Source of the DNA: a virus
Taxonomy: Duplodnaviria > Heunggongvirae > Uroviricota > Caudoviricetes
IMG/VR virus record: IMGVR_UViG_3300044878_000059
Location: 64,001-128,000 of that record
Length of the DNA: 64,000 nt
Strand: one strand, 5' to 3'
This document shows positions 57,793 to 64,000 of the stretch, in pieces. Position 1 is the stretch's first letter; every line of letters starts with the position of its first letter. The notes below the pieces were generated by a model that was given only the letters and a program-made list of their open reading frames with translations, ran no database searches and was not told the DNA's origin. The position numbers were made by a program, and so were the translations under genes.

Positions 57793-57889
57793 CTTTTATA
57801 TTCTCGTTTTAATCATTTATGGTCAATTACATCACCAGCAACGCCACTCGCTGGGAAGCCGTGAACTCTCACGGTACTTGTTATTTAGT
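57793..57889 (-). promoter_or_regulatory. gene 32 leader: late promoter, two hairpins, A/T-rich translation start
   Basis: ACTAAATA; CCGTGA/TCACGG; CCAGCGA/TTGCTGG; unstructured A-rich 40 nt before the ATG. Confidence 0.55.
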
Positions 57890-58115
57890 CGATGTTTTCA
57901 GCAAGCCTTTTCTCAAGTGCTTTGAAATCAACCAACAGATCGTCGATATCCAGATATGGGAACTCATATGGCACGATGAACGAATCATCAACTACCAGTT
58001 CGATATGCAGGACGTTTTGAATGGCGTACAGGTCGTGTAGCTTATTCGGACTAAAACGAAACATCTGTTGTTCGATTCCCAAACAGATGTTAACTACTTG
58101 CGGATTTGATGACAT
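57885..58115 (-). CDS. hypothetical protein (76 aa)
   Basis: ORF between genes 59 and 32. Confidence 0.65.
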   Translation of the reverse strand: MSSNPQVVNICLGIEQQMFRFSPNKLHDLYAIQNVLHIELVVDDSFIVPYEFPYLDIDDLLVDFKALEKRLAENID

Positions 58116-58722
58116 CTTTCAATAATACTTTGTCCACAGCAAACAACATGCTGTATTTGTGCAGTCGGAAAGCAACGTCTTTGTAGATAAAAGACTCTGC
58201 ATCTTTGAGGAATGGAACGATTGAATCGATCAGAACAATGAATTCCGCAGTCACCCTACCCTGTTCAAACTCTGAGAGAATGAAAGGTGTCTGGCCGCGA
58301 AGTGATTCACTGAATTTGATATGTTTATTATACAACGCAATGAGGTATGAACTAAACATTGTCTCAAACTGTTTTTTGGGATTGTCAAGGAAACCCTTGA
58401 CCACCAGAAGACGGCTATCCCCTGTATCCCCCAGAAAATCCCGTACCCAGTTGGTGTGAATCGAATTCCTCGCATAGAACAGAACCCAATCGTTCGGGTG
58501 GTGGTTCCGGGCAATTCTATCAAACGCATGTTTTTCTGGGTAGGAATGTTCGTTCCATTTCTTTGGAGCCGGTTTCTTGAAGTTGTACTTGATCCCGTCG
58601 TAACTCGACGTGATGTGCATACTTACCGCAGTATAAAGCTTGTAGGCTTCAAATCCATTCCGAAATACTTTCGGCGTTGCCGTAGGTTTCAGGCTTAATA
58701 GTGCGGTCATTGATACCTTCAA
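58090..58722 (-). CDS. 59: helicase loader (T4 gp59)
   Basis: NGFEAYKLYTAVSMH...YDGIKYN; synteny dsbA-33-59-32. Confidence 0.8.
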   Translation of the reverse strand: MKVSMTALLSLKPTATPKVFRNGFEAYKLYTAVSMHITSSYDGIKYNFKKPAPKKWNEHSYPEKHAFDRIARNHHPNDWVLFYARNSIHTNWVRDFLGDTGDSRLLVVKGFLDNPKKQFETMFSSYLIALYNKHIKFSESLRGQTPFILSEFEQGRVTAEFIVLIDSIVPFLKDAESFIYKDVAFRLHKYSMLFAVDKVLLKDVIKSASS

Positions 58723-58885
58723 GATACAGTTTCTGTTTCAATGATTCACTGATGTACTTTGGCAAAGTATCTTCTTCGATTTCAAGTTCATCAGCGAGTG
58801 CCAGAACAGTAGTAGCAAAGCTACCACCGTCCCGATGAACACGCAGTTCAACTTCCATGCTGAATGTGGAAGCTTTCTTACTCAT
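58649..58885 (-). CDS. 33: late promoter co-activator (T4 gp33)
   Basis: FSMEVE...ISESLKQKLYLEG; start trimmed to ATG 58885. Confidence 0.75.
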   Translation of the reverse strand: MSKKASTFSMEVELRVHRDGGSFATTVLALADELEIEEDTLPKYISESLKQKLYLEGINDRTIKPETYGNAESISEWI

Positions 58886-59183
58886 CGTCAGCTTCTTGCT
58901 GTTCTTCGATGTCACCGAAGACTTTCTCGAACAGTTCGACTTGGTTTTCGAACTTCGCTTTCTTCGCGGCAACGTCTTGTTTGTGGTACATCGCAGCCAA
59001 GGCGTTGAAATCACCCGGCTTGATTTGGAATTCTTCTTTCACCTTGTCGGTGATGTCTTTCATCAATGCTTTTTCAGCATCGATACGCAGCAATGCCGCC
59101 GAACGCTCTTTCGCAGCCGATTTGATGGCTTCGATGTCGGACGGGGAAAGGTGTTCATAGTTACCAGTTTCGATAATGCTCAT
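58878..59183 (-). CDS. dsbA: double-stranded DNA binding protein DsbA
   Basis: LRIDAEKALMKDI, FNALAAMYHKQ; start trimmed to ATG 59183. Confidence 0.85.
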   Translation of the reverse strand: MSIIETGNYEHLSPSDIEAIKSAAKERSAALLRIDAEKALMKDITDKVKEEFQIKPGDFNALAAMYHKQDVAAKKAKFENQVELFEKVFGDIEEQQEADDE

Positions 59184-59184
59184 T

Positions 59185-59403
59185 TCAATACCAACGTAAT
59201 TTGTTTTTGATTGCGTCCAACTTGTTGAAAACAAGCCATACATGCCCGAACCATACGGTTACAAGTAATAGTCTGAACTCTTGGTGCCAAATGAGACAGT
59301 TCAACGAACCGACAACAAAGGCACCCATGAGATACAGAACCAGTGCAAGGCCACCAATGATGGCCCCGTACAGTTTGATTGTTCTAGCGACCGGTGTTGT
59401 CAC
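59185..59403 (-). CDS. hypothetical membrane protein (72 aa)
   Basis: Two hydrophobic segments. Confidence 0.65.
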   Translation of the reverse strand: MTTPVARTIKLYGAIIGGLALVLYLMGAFVVGSLNCLIWHQEFRLLLVTVWFGHVWLVFNKLDAIKNKLRWY

Positions 59404-60269
59404 GCGGTCACAGCTTGTTTGATGATCTTCTTGATAGCTTCAACGTCGGCTGTTACACCGGCTTCCAGCTTGGCAATCTGATCTTTCAAGAAGTCACGAT
59501 TTTCGGACTCAATCGTACCCAGCACGGTATAGGAACATACACGGGCTTTAGCGTTGCGGTAGTCTTTCGGGAAAGCTACAACGTCCGCAGGGTTGACCTT
59601 GACCACCAGAATCTTGGACTTCGCACCGGAACCGTAGAACCCGCCGTAGTGCGGCAGATAGTCTTTGGAACAGATGTGCAGACCGTAGGAACAAGTGTGG
59701 TTCGGATCAGGGTTAACCTTGCTACGATCCATCGAAACCACTTTGCCCGGTGAGTTGTCCATAGTACCTGTGTACAGGTCTTTGAAGTCATCACGAACGA
59801 TCTTGTAAGCCAAGAAGTGTCCGTCATCGGTCATTGCCAGATTGTTCACGATCAAGAAGTCATAGAAATCTTGAACTGCGCGACGGTCTGGGTTACCGAT
59901 CAAGTTATCAAGGAACTTAACCAGAATCTCGGCAGAAGCACCGGCATGGATAAGCGATTTGATTTTGGCGGTCAGCTTAGTATCAACGTTGGATTTTTCA
60001 CCCGACTGGTTGACATAGAACAGTTCGCCTTCTTCGAATCCGACTTTACCGTCACCGAAGCTGTTGATTGCTTGGATCAAGTTGAATTTCAGACCGACGA
60101 TTTCTTTGATAACTTTGGTGTTTTGTTCTTTCAAAGCTTTGGCAAGTGTACCAAAGCTTTCGGTGTCATCGTCCTTCAAGAACGTGCCCGACATAGTGCC
60201 ATGTTCGGTATCGATCCAGATGTAAATTGTCTGGTCGTTAACGATATAGCGAAGCGTCTTTTCTTTCAT
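59400..60269 (-). CDS. rIIB: rIIB protein
   Basis: FLAYKIVRDDFKD...CSYGLHICS...VKVNPADVV. Confidence 0.92.
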   Translation of the reverse strand: MKEKTLRYIVNDQTIYIWIDTEHGTMSGTFLKDDDTESFGTLAKALKEQNTKVIKEIVGLKFNLIQAINSFGDGKVGFEEGELFYVNQSGEKSNVDTKLTAKIKSLIHAGASAEILVKFLDNLIGNPDRRAVQDFYDFLIVNNLAMTDDGHFLAYKIVRDDFKDLYTGTMDNSPGKVVSMDRSKVNPDPNHTCSYGLHICSKDYLPHYGGFYGSGAKSKILVVKVNPADVVAFPKDYRNAKARVCSYTVLGTIESENRDFLKDQIAKLEAGVTADVEAIKKIIKQAVTA

Positions 60270-60271
60270 TG

Positions 60272-62404
60272 TTACTTCAAGAACCCTCTCAGTTCAGTTT
60301 CATTAATCATACCATGTGCGATCATTGCACTAAACATTACCAACGATTCGCTGAAATCTTTCGTCGGCCAATGGGCACCGTAATAACGATCAGACGCCTT
60401 GTCGATCAGGATATGGTCGGTGAACGAATCCTTGAACTTCAACAGGCCATCATCACCCATGGTGTTGTCACCGCTCATCGAGAATGTATTCTTGATGAAT
60501 TGTTCGGTCATGTAATCCAATGGTTGACCAAATTTGATCTTGCGCAGTGGCTCAAAGAAATCCTTGAGCAATGTATTTACCTTCGGGTTTGCCATGGCTG
60601 CATCGTAATTGACTTGAGCCAATTCAACACCAGTCATCACCCACTTACCGTAAATGCCTTCGAACGATTGCTTGGTCATGCACTGACGGATTTCCGCTTT
60701 CAACAGGGTCGAAATATCCGCCCAGTGTGCAGGAATTACATCAAACACCTTGTCGGTAACGATTGCCAACGGCTTACCAGCTTTCGCGGCAGCATCGGTA
60801 ATCATTTTCCACGCAGCCGTACTCAGTTCGTCGGCCCGGAAGTCGTAACCGTTGATGGTCAGACGCTTGGACACCGAACCCCATTTCAGGTACAGATAAT
60901 CACCTTCAAGCTCGCCATCGTTCATGTTGCGATAGTCCTTAACGGCAATCGGCTTGGTGAACGGTTGCATGAAATGATAGAAACCGGAATAGGTCACTTT
61001 CTCACGCTTGGCTGCATTCGGGTCTTTCTCGGCCTTCAAACGCTCTGGGAGGTTCGTAGGCATGTCGGAAATGTAACTCCACGGCGTACCGTGTTCGTCA
61101 AACTTCGCAATGACTTCTTTGAACAGGTCTTTGCTTGCCGGGGTTGTCGAATCCGGGGCCATCAGGAACAGTGCGTTCATGATGTTTTCGCTGGCATAAC
61201 GAATCTTTTTCAGGTATGACTTTTTATCGTCGATCAGAATAAAACGTGTGCCGTTGGCTGGTGTAACTTTGATCGAATCCGCACGCAGGGTACTAAGCTT
61301 TTCGATCCACGAACGGTGTTTCTCACGAACACTGAACTTTTCAGTTCCGTCAGGATTTTTGAAGCTGTAACCAATGATGGTATTCAACCCGGCACCGTTG
61401 TATTGCAACTTGAAGATACCTTGCGGGTCTTTCTTCGAGTTCAGGATAATTGCCTGATACAAGTTTGGTGCTTTGTCCATTTCGTCTTGCAGGTCTTTCG
61501 CCATTTCCGAGCGAATCTTTTCCATGCCCGTAATCAGGTTGGAAATGGTGGTCTTATCGTAAGACAGACCTTCACGACCGGCGTTCACGTCGAGCATGCC
61601 GATTGGGTAGTTGATAACGAACCCACGACCGGTTTTGTTGGTATAGCCAGTCAGAAACGCGGCTTCACCTTTCAACTGGTTTGTATCAATTGGATACGCA
61701 ACCGGCCCCATCAGTGCATAGATGGTGCGATCATTGGTAATGGTCTTGAAGTTTGTACCTTCGAAGCCATACACCGGTTCATCCCAGTTCCAGTTAACGG
61801 TGTTTGCACCGACAATAGGACGAATCGGGAAGAACTTGTACGCTTTCAATGCCGCATTACGGAACAGATGATAGTCGTTTTTCTTCACAGGAACTTTGAT
61901 GGTCACACCGTTTTCAAACGTTGGATCAACTTTTTGTTCAATCAAGAACAGTTCCGGGGCACCACTTTGGTTCAGGAAGCAAGTGTATTGGTTCTGAACA
62001 CCGTCTTGTCTAGCAAATACTTCAAACGCATCGGTATAAGCGAATGGGGATTTGGAACCCAGACCCATTGCACCGATTTGATCATTACTTTCGGTCTTGG
62101 TGGACTCGAAGTAAGTAGTGAATACGTTTTTAACCTGATCATCATTCAGACCAGTACCGTAGTCGATAACTTCAAACCAAGGATGCATATCACTCGGCAG
62201 AACTACTTTGAACGGAACATCCGGTTTACCTGCCATGAAATGGGAGTCAATGGCGTTACAACCGATTTCACGGACAATAGCCAGTGGCTTGTCAGAGTAA
62301 AGGTTGCTGGAAAGCAGTTTAAATGCTTTGGCGGATGCTTTAATCGTAAATGCTTGGCGGCTTTCGATATTACTGGTTGCCGCGTTACCTTCTGTCACAA
62401 TCAT
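60272..62404 (-). CDS. rIIA: rIIA protein (GHKL ATPase N-terminus)
   Basis: NLYSDKPLAIVREIGCNAID, DYGTGL, STK, GAMGLGSKSPFAYTD. Confidence 0.95.
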   Translation of the reverse strand: MIVTEGNAATSNIESRQAFTIKASAKAFKLLSSNLYSDKPLAIVREIGCNAIDSHFMAGKPDVPFKVVLPSDMHPWFEVIDYGTGLNDDQVKNVFTTYFESTKTESNDQIGAMGLGSKSPFAYTDAFEVFARQDGVQNQYTCFLNQSGAPELFLIEQKVDPTFENGVTIKVPVKKNDYHLFRNAALKAYKFFPIRPIVGANTVNWNWDEPVYGFEGTNFKTITNDRTIYALMGPVAYPIDTNQLKGEAAFLTGYTNKTGRGFVINYPIGMLDVNAGREGLSYDKTTISNLITGMEKIRSEMAKDLQDEMDKAPNLYQAIILNSKKDPQGIFKLQYNGAGLNTIIGYSFKNPDGTEKFSVREKHRSWIEKLSTLRADSIKVTPANGTRFILIDDKKSYLKKIRYASENIMNALFLMAPDSTTPASKDLFKEVIAKFDEHGTPWSYISDMPTNLPERLKAEKDPNAAKREKVTYSGFYHFMQPFTKPIAVKDYRNMNDGELEGDYLYLKWGSVSKRLTINGYDFRADELSTAAWKMITDAAAKAGKPLAIVTDKVFDVIPAHWADISTLLKAEIRQCMTKQSFEGIYGKWVMTGVELAQVNYDAAMANPKVNTLLKDFFEPLRKIKFGQPLDYMTEQFIKNTFSMSGDNTMGDDGLLKFKDSFTDHILIDKASDRYYGAHWPTKDFSESLVMFSAMIAHGMINETELRGFLK

Positions 62405-62437
62405 CTATTTCTCACAAGTTGCTGATTTTGTTGAGGA

Positions 62438-62479
62438 ATTCTACCACCGGATGATGGTAGAATAAACATTGCATCAAAC
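62438..62479 (-). promoter_or_regulatory. early-type promoter for rIIA embedded in a 9-bp inverted repeat
   Basis: GTTTGATGCAATG-TTTATT-N17-TAGAAT with TGn; ATTCTACCA-N8-TGGTAGAAT. Confidence 0.75.
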
Positions 62480-62483
62480 TAAA

Positions 62484-63020
62484 TTAGGCTACCAAGCCCA
62501 GAGCCTGTTTACCGGCTTCGTGGTTGCCGCGTGCCGCTTCGATGTCTTCCGGGGAGGACATGCAGCCGAACGCCTTGGCATGGAACACTTCGTCGCTCAG
62601 GATGTTGGTAAACACTTGAGCAATGTCATTGAACCGCACGTCGTCAGCCAACAGGCGGATACGTTCCAGACGCATGACTTCGGCGTGGTGACCGATTGCG
62701 CAAATCTGGGAGAACGTAACTGGGGTGGTCGGCAGGGTTTTATCCCAATACCGCACCGGCTTTTCACGATACAGTTCCGGGGTGTGGATACCGCGAGCCA
62801 GCAACAGTTCAAGCACCCATTTAGCATGCTTGGCTTCGTCGTCGGCAATCATGGTGACCAATTGACGTTCGGTGTCGGTGATGTCCGGGTACTGGGTCAA
62901 CAGGTCACGAACACGCACAGCGGCGGTTTGCTCACCGTAGTATTGATCCTTGAGCCATGCCGCCATTTTCGCCGGGTCATTCGAAACTTCATCCCACCAT
63001 TGTTCTGTTGTACGCATCAC
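62484..63020 (-). CDS. ferritin-like di-iron carboxylate protein
   Basis: E...DEAKH and E...DEVFH (two ExxH motifs) in a four-helix pattern. Confidence 0.75.
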   Translation of the reverse strand: MMRTTEQWWDEVSNDPAKMAAWLKDQYYGEQTAAVRVRDLLTQYPDITDTERQLVTMIADDEAKHAKWVLELLLARGIHTPELYREKPVRYWDKTLPTTPVTFSQICAIGHHAEVMRLERIRLLADDVRFNDIAQVFTNILSDEVFHAKAFGCMSSPEDIEAARGNHEAGKQALGLVA

Positions 63021-63026
63021 TTGTCC

Positions 63027-63935
63027 TTAAAGGAATTCATCAACTTTGCCGAGCAATTCTTTCATCCGGTGTTTAACCAGATAGTTGAAGATGCCGACAC
63101 CAGTTGCTACGGGTTTATTGAACTCGGCAATGATCTTGTCACCGATATCTTCTGGAATCAGTGTCAAATCAAGCAGTTTCAGGTTTTCGTAATACCGATC
63201 TTTGGTGAACTGATCAGGTGCCCAGTTTTCCACCGGTTCATGCAACCAAATGTCCAGTTCCTTTTGGAAAATCGACTTCTGGCGTGTGCCTTTCATCGAC
63301 AACAGATGATCGGATACCGATTTGATGTTGGAAATACAGTCTTTCGGGTCGCCCTTGATAACCTTTTCCATCAAATGCAACCGAGGCGAGCCGTTCGACG
63401 GGAGAACCCATTTCTTTTGCATCGGGGAGAACTGTTTGATGTTCCGGTTGGTTTGGAGCTGTGCCCAGTCACCATCAGACGAAATCAACAGGATTCTATG
63501 ATACAAATGGCCCAGACGCTTCACCAGCACCCCGGCGATGTCATCCGCTTCAACGCCTTCAATCTGCATTGTACGGAACGGGAACCACTGAATCAGTTCT
63601 TCACGGATGATGTTCATCGCTTCAAAGATAGCTTTGAAGTCAAAGTCAGATGCATCACGTTGGTCTTTTCGATGTCCCTTGTAATAGGGTGCGAGTTTCT
63701 TACGCCAGTACGGGCCTTTATCTGTTGCCAGTACGATATGCGGGTATTCGCGTTTGTTCTTTAAAACATTGGAACGAATCGTATTCAATACAACATGGCG
63801 AATCAAATCGGTCGAAAGAGTATCGGTCGGTCTGAATGTAGCTTGAATTGTACTGATAACGATTTGAGAGAAGTCAACAATCATCAGACCTTGTTGTCTG
63901 GCGTTGTCAACTTCTAAGAAATCATCCAAACTCAT
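63027..63935 (-). CDS. rnh: T4 RNase H (5'-3' exonuclease)
   Basis: IVDFSQI, WRKKLAPYYKGHR, EADDIAGVL, ISSDGDWAQL, IKGDPKDCISNI. Confidence 0.95.
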   Translation of the reverse strand: MSLDDFLEVDNARQQGLMIVDFSQIVISTIQATFRPTDTLSTDLIRHVVLNTIRSNVLKNKREYPHIVLATDKGPYWRKKLAPYYKGHRKDQRDASDFDFKAIFEAMNIIREELIQWFPFRTMQIEGVEADDIAGVLVKRLGHLYHRILLISSDGDWAQLQTNRNIKQFSPMQKKWVLPSNGSPRLHLMEKVIKGDPKDCISNIKSVSDHLLSMKGTRQKSIFQKELDIWLHEPVENWAPDQFTKDRYYENLKLLDLTLIPEDIGDKIIAEFNKPVATGVGIFNYLVKHRMKELLGKVDEFL

Positions 63936-64000
63936 TTAGCGTTTTTAATCTCGTTGGCAATAAAACTTGCAAGTGTATCGGCATCAACTTCGAAGAACGC
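63932..64000 (-). CDS. 3' end of a hypothetical protein (truncated by the window edge)
   Basis: ...AFFEVDADTLASFIANEIKNAK* with ATGA overlap onto rnh. Confidence 0.5.
   Translation of the reverse strand, partial: AFFEVDADTLASFIANEIKNAK

Overview
64 kb of a T4-superfamily myophage genome (about 45% GC by eye; host not identifiable). Layout: 1-3.3 kb, minus-strand tRNA region (tRNA-Leu(UAA), a CAU tRNA, small ORFs, YkuK-like RNase H, dNMP kinase gp1). 3.3-4.0 kb, a structured non-coding interval. 4.0-9.1 kb, minus-strand tail and head-completion genes (3, 29, 51, 26, 54, 2, 4). 9.1-40.4 kb, the plus-strand virion operon (48, 53, 27, 5, PAAR-peptidase, 25, 6-11, short fibre, two 2OG-Fe(II)-type genes, 13-17, holin-like pair, 18-20, 67, 68-like, 21-23). 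40.5-64 kb, mostly minus-strand recombination, nucleotide-metabolism and replication genes (tad2, inh, uvsW, uvsY, 30.2, 30, phoH, 49, pth2, 31, cd, spanins, nrdB/A, td, frd, 32, 59, 33, dsbA, rIIB/A, ferritin-like, rnh). No CRISPR array, intron or homing endonuclease was seen. The top finding is a ~213-nt non-coding RNA next to the CAU tRNA that rebuilds the 23S rRNA GTPase-associated centre (L11-binding H43/H44) with a compensated closing helix and a 135-nt insert. Other strong leads are a probable -1 frameshift fusing gp26 to gp51, a PAAR-M15 peptidase spike tip that accompanies a gp5 lacking lysozyme, and a doubly promoted structured non-coding region between genes 3 and 1. All homology calls are from motif recognition and memory; no searches were run.
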